The notes below the pieces were generated by a model. It was not told the origin of the DNA, did not search any database, and was given only the letters and a program-made list of their open reading frames with translations. The position numbers and the translations under genes were made by a program. DNA of 64,000 nucleotides from positions 288,001 to 352,000 of the forward strand of contig CAVWHX010000003.1 in the NCBI GenBank assembly GCA_963754925.1, in the 5' to 3' direction. The stretch's first letter is position 1. Each line of letters opens with the position of its first letter. This DNA comes from an uncultured delta proteobacterium. GTDB taxonomy: Bacteria > Myxococcota > B64-G9. This document shows, piece after piece, positions 10,100-18,957 of the stretch.

Positions 10100-11971
10100 T
10101 TAAATCTTTTCCAGACGCGCGGGAACCGGCTGGATGCCAACCGTTTGACAATCAGCCTCAGGGAAAAAGCCGCGCAACGCCCAGGCGGCGCTGCCTGGTA
10201 AGGGAATCGCCAGCATAACGCCCGCAGGCAGGCGCTTATCCTCGTGCACCGTCATCGTGGCCTTTGCCTGTTCGGTGATCACGTTCACCGGTGCGCCTGC
10301 GCGCAGCCCGAACGTGGCCAGGTCCGCGGGTGACAGATGCAGGTTGGACTGGTTAACTTCCCGTCGCAGGATTTCTTCGCGTCGGCTGAGGCCGCCCGTG
10401 GACCAGATGGCCGGATGGGATCCGACACACCATTGTAAGGGAAACTCCTTCGACGCTTCTCCCCGCGCACTGAGCTTCGGCGGGGAGAAAACCAGCGTGG
10501 TGCTCTCCTCGAGGCCCGCGTCAACCGCGTCCGTTTTGGCATACAAGCGTTCCAAGGCTTTGGCCTGATAGACCGGAGTTTCTTCTCGCATTGCTGCAAA
10601 CCATTCTGCGATGGAGCCGGGCCAAGCCTCGACTCCCCGTTGCTGGCCGATCCGGGCGATCCATTCCCGCTCGGCGGCGGATTCGCCGAGCGGCGCGATG
10701 GCCGCTTTCCAGCGCTGCACCACCCCGAACATGCTGGTCGCCGTCCCGTCGCGTTCGGCGAACGTGACGGACGGCAGGACAACGTGGGCGACGGTTTCCA
10801 TCTCGGAATGGAAACTGTCGATCATCACCACCAGGCCGGCCTTCCTGAGCCGTTCCGCAAGCCGCGCCGGTTTGGTCGTCCGCCGCATCAAGTCCTCGCC
10901 GACGATGAAGACGGCGTCGAACTCTTTCGTGCCGGCCGGGTCGAGGAGGTCGATCAATGCGTTGGTATCATCTTGTTCCGGCCCAAGGATGTCCCACGTT
11001 CCCCAGCTGTTTGAGCTGCCAGCTATGAGCACGATCCGTTCCGCGGCTCCCAGCATGACCAGCGCCTGCAACAGTTGAACCGTCGCCTCCCCTGCCCGCG
11101 CCGCCGAGAGGAAACGTTCGCCGACGATAACGGCGGGATTTTTGGCGTGGAGGAAATCGGCGACCAGTTCCTTGAGCCGGGCATCGGAAAGCCAGGGATG
11201 CTCGGGAAGCGAGGGCGCTTTTCCGGGCCGCCAGAAGTCGGCAAACGTGGCGAAGCTCGGTACTGCCTTGACCGCACCTGGGATGCGGTCCGCGTTGAAG
11301 GCCGCCTGTTGCAGCAACAACGGCAAAAGCCCAAAGTGCTCCGGCGGAATCGCCACCGGTATCGGGTGCAGGCCGTTCATTGCAGCGGTGAAAACGTCGA
11401 ACTGGACGGCCTTGGCGCCCCGTTGCAGAGCCCGAACCAACCGCGATGCCACCTGGGGGCAGGCCGCCTGGTCGGCGCCGAAGATCCAAACCAAATCGGC
11501 GTCGGCAATGCTATTGAGGCTGCCGGGCAGATACCCTCGGCCGAAGACCTTCCGAATCGCGTTGCGCGCGGCCGGAAAGCCGGCCAGGTCGGTGCTGCAT
11601 ACTCCGGCCTTAAGTCCCCGGGCCAGTTTCTTGATCGCGTAAGCGTCTTCGTTGGCGCACGTTGTTCCGATGCAGAAGAGGACCGAAGAACCGCCCTTGG
11701 CGCACAGGCCGTCCATCTTCTGGGCGATGACGTTCAGCGCCTTCTTTACCGATACCGGGACGAGCTGGCCCTTCTCACGCACGAGCGGTTTCGTGAGCCG
11801 ATCGTTATGCATGGGTGCCCCGACGGCATTCCAGCCCCGCATGCAGAGACTGCCCTGGGATGAAGGATGATGAACACCCGGATGGGTGCCGATGAGCCGT
11901 CCACCCCTGGTTTGAAGCAGTATTCCACAACCACAGGAACAATACGGGCACACTGAAGGTGTGAAACCCAT
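10100..11971 (-). CDS. Formate dehydrogenase alpha-like molybdopterin-oxidoreductase-fold protein, apparently catalytically degenerate
   Basis: N-terminal CPYCSCGC...LCMRG [4Fe-4S] motif, 'RLTKPLVR', 'AHVVLPS..FAERDGT' and a C-terminal molydopterin-dinucleotide-type domain. No Cys/Sec-His at the Mo-ligand position. Confidence 0.8.
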   Translation of the reverse strand: MGFTPSVCPYCSCGCGILLQTRGGRLIGTHPGVHHPSSQGSLCMRGWNAVGAPMHNDRLTKPLVREKGQLVPVSVKKALNVIAQKMDGLCAKGGSSVLFCIGTTCANEDAYAIKKLARGLKAGVCSTDLAGFPAARNAIRKVFGRGYLPGSLNSIADADLVWIFGADQAACPQVASRLVRALQRGAKAVQFDVFTAAMNGLHPIPVAIPPEHFGLLPLLLQQAAFNADRIPGAVKAVPSFATFADFWRPGKAPSLPEHPWLSDARLKELVADFLHAKNPAVIVGERFLSAARAGEATVQLLQALVMLGAAERIVLIAGSSNSWGTWDILGPEQDDTNALIDLLDPAGTKEFDAVFIVGEDLMRRTTKPARLAERLRKAGLVVMIDSFHSEMETVAHVVLPSVTFAERDGTATSMFGVVQRWKAAIAPLGESAAEREWIARIGQQRGVEAWPGSIAEWFAAMREETPVYQAKALERLYAKTDAVDAGLEESTTLVFSPPKLSARGEASKEFPLQWCVGSHPAIWSTGGLSRREEILRREVNQSNLHLSPADLATFGLRAGAPVNVITEQAKATMTVHEDKRLPAGVMLAIPLPGSAAWALRGFFPEADCQTVGIQPVPARLEKI

Positions 11972-12196
11972 AAGGCACCTCCATTCCCAGGGATCATTTG
12001 CCGTAACTGATGTAAAAACTTCGATGTCAATTCTGAACGGGCGACATGATAGGGTGGATCAAAGACATTGTAAAGAGGATCTTTTCACGCGGGTGCTCGT
12101 TGGGGTATGCTGGGACATCGATTGGGCACCGTTGATCAGCGAACATCCTGGGACAGCGTGCAGGAAAGCAAACCCGAAGGTGGGAGGGAGGGCATC

Positions 12197-13576
12197 ATGA
12201 AACCATGGGATCACAAAGATCAAAAGAGTCGCCTGCATCCGATCAAAAGGCAGGTGCTGGCCAGCTCGCTGTGGCTGATCAAGGCCCGCTGGGTGGTCGT
12301 GGGGGTGACGATGGCAATCGGCATTTTCGCCCCCTTCGTCGGCTACCACATCTCGCTGCCAGCCATCCTCTCACTCGCCTTCTACCTGCTCATCGTCAAC
12401 TGCATCTTCACGCTGGTGGGATCGCGCCTCAACACCCCGGAGGTGACCGGCCGCGCCCTGTCCATTTTCAACAACACGCAGATCATCGCCGACTGGCTCG
12501 CAATCATCGTGTTGGTCTACTTCACCGGCGGCCTTACCAGCCCATTCATATTCTTCTTCTTCTTCCACCTGGTCATGGCTGCAATGCTCACGCCGGCGGC
12601 CAACTTTTACTTCAACGCCGCGGTGGCGGTGGTTTTACTGAATACCCTTTTTCTGGCCGAGTACGCCGGGCTGCTCCCCCATCAGGCGCTCTTCGACGGT
12701 TCGATTCCCGCGCACATTTGGCAACCGCCCTACATGATCGCCTTTCTGGGATCCTTGACGATCTCGATATTCTTAACCGTATACTCCTCATCCTGGGTAA
12801 GCGGGCTGTGGCGGCAGCGGGTTAGCGAGCTGTTCGACATCAAATCCCGGTTGGAGGACTCCCAAAAGGAACGCAGCAGGTTCTATCGGTTGGTGACCCA
12901 TGAACTGCGGGCCCCGCTGGCGGCCGCGCGCACCATGCTGGTCGTGATCGCCGACGGGTACGTAACGCAGCCGGACCGGCAGAAAGCGCTGGTCGAGAAG
13001 GTGGGCCGCCGGGTCGACACGATGATCGAGGTGCTGAACGATCTCTTGCTGCTGGCTCAGTCCCGAGACACGACGGCGAAAGCGGATCTTGAAGAGGTGG
13101 ACCTGGGAACATTGGTTAACAACAATGTTGAGTTCTTCAGAGCGCAGGCCAACGCGAAAGAGATCGCCCTGTCGTCGATGATCGGGAAAAACATCCCCTT
13201 CCTGCTCGCCACCCGGGCCGGACTCGATTGCATCTGCAGCAACCTGATCTCCAACGCCATCAAATATACCGTGAAGGGAGGAACGGTGGCAATTGACCTG
13301 AATTCGAACGACGGCCAGTCGGTCCAGCTCGTGGTGAGCGATAGCGGGATCGGCATCCCCGGGGACGCCCGGGCAAAGCTTTTCACGGAGTTCTACCGCG
13401 CGCCGAACGCCAAGAAGCTCGGCGAGACGGGAACAGGTCTCGGCCTGACCATCACGAAGAAACTGGTGGAGGAGTTTGGCGGCCAGATCGCATTCGAGAG
13501 CGCCGAGGGCAAGGGAACGACCTTCACGATTACCCTTCCCGTCCGAAAAGCACCGGACAATCCGCCAGCCGAGTGA
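12197..13576 (+). CDS. Membrane-bound sensor histidine kinase
   Basis: About 6 TM segments, H-box THELRAPL, N-box NLISNAIKY, G-boxes DSGIGI and GTGLGL; RBS GGAGGG before ATG 12197. Confidence 0.92.
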   Translation: MKPWDHKDQKSRLHPIKRQVLASSLWLIKARWVVVGVTMAIGIFAPFVGYHISLPAILSLAFYLLIVNCIFTLVGSRLNTPEVTGRALSIFNNTQIIADWLAIIVLVYFTGGLTSPFIFFFFFHLVMAAMLTPAANFYFNAAVAVVLLNTLFLAEYAGLLPHQALFDGSIPAHIWQPPYMIAFLGSLTISIFLTVYSSSWVSGLWRQRVSELFDIKSRLEDSQKERSRFYRLVTHELRAPLAAARTMLVVIADGYVTQPDRQKALVEKVGRRVDTMIEVLNDLLLLAQSRDTTAKADLEEVDLGTLVNNNVEFFRAQANAKEIALSSMIGKNIPFLLATRAGLDCICSNLISNAIKYTVKGGTVAIDLNSNDGQSVQLVVSDSGIGIPGDARAKLFTEFYRAPNAKKLGETGTGLGLTITKKLVEEFGGQIAFESAEGKGTTFTITLPVRKAPDNPPAE

Positions 13577-13598
13577 CCTATCGGTCATCCCCGGCGCA

Positions 13599-13767
13599 CC
13601 CCTAAAGGGATAAGAGCCTGTAAACCTCACTCCCCTAAAGGGACAAAAGATTGTCCAAGGGATAAGAGCTTGTAATCCTCACTTCGTTCGTCAACAATCT
13701 CTTATACGCCTCGCTCAGCTTTGCTTCGCTCGCTACAATCTCTAGTCGTTCGGTAACAGGCTCTAAA
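13599..13767. repeat. Intergenic repeat / MITE-like element between convergent genes
   Basis: Imperfect direct repeat AAGGGATAAGAGC(C/T)TGTAA(A/T)CCTCACT twice, CCCCTAAAGGGA twice, and inverted ends AGAGCCTGT (13613) / ACAGGCTCT (13756). Confidence 0.45.
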
Positions 13768-13768
13768 C

Positions 13769-14179
13769 CTATGGGCGCGGTTGGGCCGGCTTGGCGAGCA
13801 AGGTCGACACGCGTTCCAGAAGCACGTCCAGATCGACGGGCTTTTCCAGGAAATCGGTCACCGGCAGCCAATCTTCATCAATGTCCGCGGAGCCGAAGCC
13901 GACCGGAGACTTGGCGTTGATCGCCGTGAGCATCAGGATCGGAATGTTTTTGAATTGTTCGTATTTACGTCGCATCGCGCGGGCGAGGTCAAATCCGGCA
14001 GTGCCATTTTCCGGAAACATTACGTCGAGGACTACGAGGTCCGGGCGACGCTCGTGCATCTTGTCGACGCCGCCCTGGATATCGAGTGCGATGGTAACCT
14101 CGTGGCCGGCATCGCGGAGCAATTTGGCCACGGCTGTTGCGAAATCTTCATCGTCGTCAATGATCATGAGGTAGGACAT
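13769..14179 (-). CDS. Single-domain response regulator (receiver)
   Basis: IIDDD, phospho-acceptor 'LDVMFP', 'MLTA', 'EKP'; no output domain. Confidence 0.9.
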   Translation of the reverse strand: MSYLMIIDDDEDFATAVAKLLRDAGHEVTIALDIQGGVDKMHERRPDLVVLDVMFPENGTAGFDLARAMRRKYEQFKNIPILMLTAINAKSPVGFGSADIDEDWLPVTDFLEKPVDLDVLLERVSTLLAKPAQPRP

Positions 14180-14184
14180 GGGCG

Positions 14185-15723
14185 CTACTCCTTTCCATAG
14201 GTGTTTGTGTCAGAAGGTAAACCGGCATTCGGGAAGCGAAGGGTGAACCGCGTTCCGCAATTGGGCGCGCTTTCGACGGTGAGCCTGATTTGGTGCGCCT
14301 CGGCAATACGCCGCACGATCGCCAGACCGAGGCCAGAGGAGTCCCGGTTGTGGCGCACCGCCTCGTCCGTGCGGTAGTAGTCGTCAAAAATTTTCGGGAG
14401 CTTCTCTGGCTGAATGCCGATGCCATAGTCTTCGACCTCGATGATGGCACCCCCCTCATCGGCGGCGTGGCATTTCACTCGGACCGTTTCCCCCTCGTGA
14501 GAATACGTCACCGCGTTCGAGAAGATGTTCGAAAGGAGCATCTTCATATGATCTTCGACGGCGACCACACGCACGGGCTCAAGCCGTACATCGAGCCTAA
14601 TTTCACGTTCGCCCGCAGTCGTCAGCACACGAGCGATACACCAGCGAGCAATGTTTGAAATATCGAGCGTCACCGGTTGCGGCTGCACATCAGGGGACTG
14701 GAGGTTGGCGATCTGGAGCATCTCCTGGATTTCGTGAGCGAGCCGGTGGCAGCGGGCCACGATTCGTTCGACAACGTGCTCGGCCTCCTCGGGCAGTTTG
14801 CCGAAGTTGCCTCTGAGCAGCAGCTCGGCGTTGGCGGCAACGGCGGCAAACGGCGCCTTAAGCTCGTGTGTGGTCCTAAGCATGTGCTTCGTTTTCTCCA
14901 ATTGTTCGGTCGTAAGACGCTCGTTTTTCAGAGCAAGATCGCGCTCGCGCTCGCGGAGTAAGCCTGAAAGATGCGACGCAAGGTACCAAACGATGATCCA
15001 AATAGCCATGACGGACAGTACGATGGGGACGGGAAAGCCGGGGCCGCCAGTCAGATGCTCCCGAAACCCGCGGTCCATATAGATGCTAGACGGAATAACC
15101 AGCCCAAGGCTCTCCAGACCAACGCAGGCAGCGTAGAGGCCGCATGCAATGGCAGTCACCACCACACTCTTTTGGCGGGAGAAGAAGATGCACGCGAGCA
15201 CAATGTGTACGAGGAAGATAAACGGGGCCGAGGTATCGAGGCTGCCAAGGAAGTGCACCACGGCTGTCAAAAGGACCAGATCGATGATGACCTGGCTCCA
15301 CAAGTTGAGCCGGGCTCCGTGGGTTGTGGGTCGCCGCCTGAGCACGCGCGCGTGAGTCAGAAATGCAATGTTGACGACCAGCAATATCCCCGCAATCACG
15401 AACGGCCAGCTGCGCCCAGCCTGAATGCCGACGCGCGCGAAGACCGTACGCGCAGCCACCCCCAGTGCCCCGAACAGGAAAAGCACTGAAGTGGCAACCC
15501 AACGAAGGCGGACAAACCAGAGGACATAGTCTCCGAGCAGCGGCTCTGGTACAGACGTGGAGGCGCCGCCAGCACGGTGAGCCGGATCCACGTGCCCGGT
15601 TGCGGGAAGGGGCAGCTCGTATGTGCGGCGTACCGTGGTCGTCGGCAACGGATCTTTGGATAACGCTTGAACCAGGGCTGCCCCCTCTGGCCGGAGCCAC
15701 CTGCTCACTCTCCATCTGTGCAC
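14185..15723 (-). CDS. Membrane-bound sensor histidine kinase (true start probably downstream of 15723)
   Basis: TM sensor, THELKAPF, NIFSNAVTY, DYGIGI, SGLGL. N-terminal 'WFVRLRW' resembles 'WLIKARW' of the 12197 kinase. Confidence 0.88.
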   Translation of the reverse strand: MHRWRVSRWLRPEGAALVQALSKDPLPTTTVRRTYELPLPATGHVDPAHRAGGASTSVPEPLLGDYVLWFVRLRWVATSVLFLFGALGVAARTVFARVGIQAGRSWPFVIAGILLVVNIAFLTHARVLRRRPTTHGARLNLWSQVIIDLVLLTAVVHFLGSLDTSAPFIFLVHIVLACIFFSRQKSVVVTAIACGLYAACVGLESLGLVIPSSIYMDRGFREHLTGGPGFPVPIVLSVMAIWIIVWYLASHLSGLLRERERDLALKNERLTTEQLEKTKHMLRTTHELKAPFAAVAANAELLLRGNFGKLPEEAEHVVERIVARCHRLAHEIQEMLQIANLQSPDVQPQPVTLDISNIARWCIARVLTTAGEREIRLDVRLEPVRVVAVEDHMKMLLSNIFSNAVTYSHEGETVRVKCHAADEGGAIIEVEDYGIGIQPEKLPKIFDDYYRTDEAVRHNRDSSGLGLAIVRRIAEAHQIRLTVESAPNCGTRFTLRFPNAGLPSDTNTYGKE

Positions 15724-15857
15724 GGCAGGTGAAAGAGGTCCGCGGTGAGAACCGCCTATCTACAAGCGTAATGTTCCCGGGTGCCGGGTCGAGTTGATTC
15801 TTTGGTACGCTACCCTTTCTTAAAAGCACATGCAACAAATATCACCCCAACCCCAAC

Positions 15858-16802
15858 TTACAAGTGACGAGGATTGGACACAGACCCGTAGTTCACGCCT
15901 GCGATTGGCTCCTCCAGAATAGCCTGTTGCAGGGCGGATAGAATGTCTTCGCACTGAAAGAGAACCTTTCGTTTCTGACCCAGGGACATGGCCAGGGATC
16001 GAACGTTCGTGTTCTCGCGAGAGAGCGCGAGAATACGCCCCCTGATCTCGCTGAACCGGGTGTAATCCGACGCCGCTGTTTCAAGATCGGGATCTCCGCG
16101 AAGTTTCGGGAGCGCGGCCAGTCCGTCCAGATCCTTGCGGACCTCTTGATCATCCCTGTTCATCTGTGCCTCCAGCTCGTCCATTTTCTTGTCGCTTTCT
16201 TCCGCAATATGTGGCGCGAGCAGCGTCTGTATGCGCAACGCCGCGGTCTGGGCGCCGAAAGCAAGCAGCGCTACGCTTCTGGCTCCCGGAAATCCGGCGC
16301 TCTTCGCCACGATCCGGGAGAGGGCGGTGTCCATTTCCTTGAGCGCGTCCGCGGCCGGGCCAAAGGCCAAAGCGTACGCTTTGAGGTTAGTGTTCTTGAC
16401 CGCCAAACCCAACAGGTCGTTGTCGATGCGTTGGAATTCGATAAAGACCTTTGAGAATTGGTCAAGAAGGTCCTTTTCGCCTTGGGTGCCGCCCGCCGCC
16501 AGGAGTTCCCCCAGTTCCTTGCGCCCCTGCTCCACCACCGCCGTGTCTGCGCGGGCCTGGTCTGCAAAAGTCTGCGAGTCTTGATCGGTGACGGCTAAGA
16601 CGGCGCTCTTTTCAGCCTCCGAGGCCGAGGCTAGGGTCAAGCGCATTCGGGCCACCAGGTCCGCGCGCTTCGCTTTGAAAGCGACTTGCTCGGCGGGGCT
16701 CTGCCCTGGTTGGAAATGCAGCACGACGAGCATGACCACGAGCAATAGTACCGCCCCGGCGGCCATCCATAGAAATCCCTGAATGATTGGTGCCCGGCTC
16801 AT
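15858..16802 (-). CDS. Membrane-anchored helical (MCP four-helix-bundle-like) periplasmic protein without a signalling domain
   Basis: One N-terminal TM then long amphipathic helices ('SEAEKSAVLAVTD'); divergent from kdpA; RBS GGAG before ATG 16802. Confidence 0.6.
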   Translation of the reverse strand: MSRAPIIQGFLWMAAGAVLLLVVMLVVLHFQPGQSPAEQVAFKAKRADLVARMRLTLASASEAEKSAVLAVTDQDSQTFADQARADTAVVEQGRKELGELLAAGGTQGEKDLLDQFSKVFIEFQRIDNDLLGLAVKNTNLKAYALAFGPAADALKEMDTALSRIVAKSAGFPGARSVALLAFGAQTAALRIQTLLAPHIAEESDKKMDELEAQMNRDDQEVRKDLDGLAALPKLRGDPDLETAASDYTRFSEIRGRILALSRENTNVRSLAMSLGQKRKVLFQCEDILSALQQAILEEPIAGVNYGSVSNPRHL

Positions 16803-16822
16803 GATATCTCCTTCGTATCTCA

Positions 16823-16840
16823 ATTTTTATACTTTTTTTA
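16823..16840 (+). promoter_or_regulatory. KdpE-type binding box upstream of kdpA copy 1
   Basis: ATTTTTATACTTTTTTTA matches the T-rich E. coli KdpE operator core (TTTATACTTTTTTTA); about 130 bp upstream of kdpA. Confidence 0.7.
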
Positions 16841-16967
16841 TGCGTTAAGCTCTGATCCTAACATCATTCTAATTTACGAATCATTATCTTACTCGTCGCT
16901 AACAGGATGTGGCTCGTTGTTATGATAGCAGACTAGTCATTTATTGAAATAGTTAAAGGAGAAAAAA

Positions 16968-18794
16968 ATGTTCATGCAAACGTGGCTCTTACCCTTCTTA
17001 CTATTGGCGGCGGCTGCAATCATCGCATTTCCCCTGAGCCGCTACCTGGCATGGATTATGGATGGCAAATACCGGCCCCTTCCTGTCATGGGCTGGATCG
17101 AAAAGAAATTGGACAGCGGACCGCAGAACTGGAAGCAGTATATAGGTTCTCTTCTGATTCTCAACACCCTCCTATTTGTTTTCGGTTTTGCTGTCCTGAC
17201 GTTGCAGCAGTGGCTTCCGCTCAACCCGGACGGCAAGGTAATGCTGTCGCCGAGCACCATTTTTCACACGGTCGTGTCGTTTATGACCAATACGGACCTC
17301 CAGCATTACTCCGGTGAAACACACCTGTCGAATTTCAGCCAGATCTTTTTCGGCCTGTCCAACTTTTTCCTGTCGGCCTCATTCGGACTGTGCGCCCTCA
17401 CCGCTATCATTCGAGCCCTGCGCAGCGACTCAACGCTCGGCAACTTTTTCGTGGACATGTGGCGAGTGGTTATTTACCTGTTCATGCCCGTCGCCCTGGC
17501 CTTCAGCATTCTTTTTATTTCCCAGGGCAGCCCCATGACCCTGCAGAGCTCCTATCAGGTGGACACCCTGGAGCCCACGGCCATGGGGACCACGGACAAG
17601 GGCGAGGTCAAGCAGCAGAACATCGTGGTGGGGCCGGTCGCGGCATTTGAATCCATAAAAATGCTCGGCACCAACGGGGGCGGCTTTTACGGCATGAATT
17701 CCGCGCACCCCTTTGAAAATCCCACGGGCCTGGCCAATTTCTTCAATACCCTCGCCATGATGCTATTTCCCTTTGGGCTGGTGCTCATGTACGGCCGGAT
17801 GCTCGGCCGTAGAAAGCACAGTTTAGTCGTTTTCTCGGTAATGCTGTTCATGATGGCCGGCACGGTTTTATGGTCCGTTTATTTCGATACCCTGAAACCG
17901 AACCCGGCATTCACCAGCCATACCGCTCGGTCCTACGACGTCCCCAGCGCGAGCGCACCGGGCGGAAAACGTACGGTGGCCCTGCCGGCGGTGCCGGGCC
18001 TGCCCGTTGATCAGCACTTAGGAAACCTCGAAGGCAAGGAAATGCGCTTCGGCACCTCGGCCGGAGCCACCTACGCAGCGCTCACGACGGATGTGACGGC
18101 CGGCGCGGTGAACGCCGAGATGGATAGCCTCAACCCGATTGCGGCACTGTCGCCCATGGTAGGGATGTGGCTCAACTGCTTTTTCGGAGGAAAAGGCGTC
18201 GGCATGATCAATATGCTTCTCTATATTATTATAGGGATTTTCATAGCGGGAATGATGGTGGGCCGGACGCCCGAATACCTGGGTAAGAAGATCGGCGCCC
18301 CGGAAATCAAACTCGCGATTATCGCCCTGCTGATACATCCCCTCATGATTCTCATGCCCAGCGGTCTTTTTGCGGCGACGAGCTGGGGGCTGCAGGCGAT
18401 CAGCAATCCCGGAGCGCACGGGTTGTCGCAGATATTTTATCAGTTCTCGTCCGCCTCGGCCAACAACGGCTCCGCCTTTGACGGTCTGGGCGTGGTCTAC
18501 GGTTTTTACAACAACCCGACCCCGGCACCGACGGCAATCGCCTGGGACATCGCCGCGGGTATAGTCATCGTGATCAGCCGTTTTGTTCCGATCATCGCGC
18601 CCCTGGCTATGGCCGCGTTTCTCGGTTCGAGAAGATCGAGCCCCTTCGGCCTGGGGACGCTGCGCGACGACACCCTCACCTTCGGCATACTTCTCTCCGC
18701 GACGATTATCATCGTCGGGGCGTTGTTGTTCCTGCCGATCGCTGCGCTGGGGCCCCTGGCCGAACACCTCGGACCAATTCCCTTCGGAGGGTGA
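16968..18794 (+). CDS. kdpA: K+-transporting ATPase subunit A, copy 1
   Basis: Filter segments TNTDLQ, LGTNGGG, TAGAV and ANNGSAF; 'GRTPEYLGKKI'. Confidence 0.95.
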   Translation: MFMQTWLLPFLLLAAAAIIAFPLSRYLAWIMDGKYRPLPVMGWIEKKLDSGPQNWKQYIGSLLILNTLLFVFGFAVLTLQQWLPLNPDGKVMLSPSTIFHTVVSFMTNTDLQHYSGETHLSNFSQIFFGLSNFFLSASFGLCALTAIIRALRSDSTLGNFFVDMWRVVIYLFMPVALAFSILFISQGSPMTLQSSYQVDTLEPTAMGTTDKGEVKQQNIVVGPVAAFESIKMLGTNGGGFYGMNSAHPFENPTGLANFFNTLAMMLFPFGLVLMYGRMLGRRKHSLVVFSVMLFMMAGTVLWSVYFDTLKPNPAFTSHTARSYDVPSASAPGGKRTVALPAVPGLPVDQHLGNLEGKEMRFGTSAGATYAALTTDVTAGAVNAEMDSLNPIAALSPMVGMWLNCFFGGKGVGMINMLLYIIIGIFIAGMMVGRTPEYLGKKIGAPEIKLAIIALLIHPLMILMPSGLFAATSWGLQAISNPGAHGLSQIFYQFSSASANNGSAFDGLGVVYGFYNNPTPAPTAIAWDIAAGIVIVISRFVPIIAPLAMAAFLGSRRSSPFGLGTLRDDTLTFGILLSATIIIVGALLFLPIAALGPLAEHLGPIPFGG

Positions 18795-18810
18795 CGGAAA
18801 TGACCAGGCG

Positions 18811-18830
18811 ATTTTAATACTTTTTTTATA
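18811..18830 (+). promoter_or_regulatory. KdpE-type binding box upstream of kdpA copy 2
   Basis: ATTTTAATACTTTTTTTATA at the same distance from the ATG as in copy 1; the whole leader is homologous to that of copy 1. Confidence 0.6.
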
Positions 18831-18957
18831 TGTTACGCCCCGATCTTAACCACATTCAAATTTAGGAATCATTATCTTATTCATCACTCACGAGAGGCGA
18901 CTCAGTGGCCGATAAGAAAAGATGAGTTAATTATTAAAAGAGTTAAAGGAGAAAAAA

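Noticed and set aside
10100..11971. Selenocysteine-containing formate dehydrogenase
   Set aside because: The ORF has no in-frame TGA, and the ligand position is Gly/Phe.
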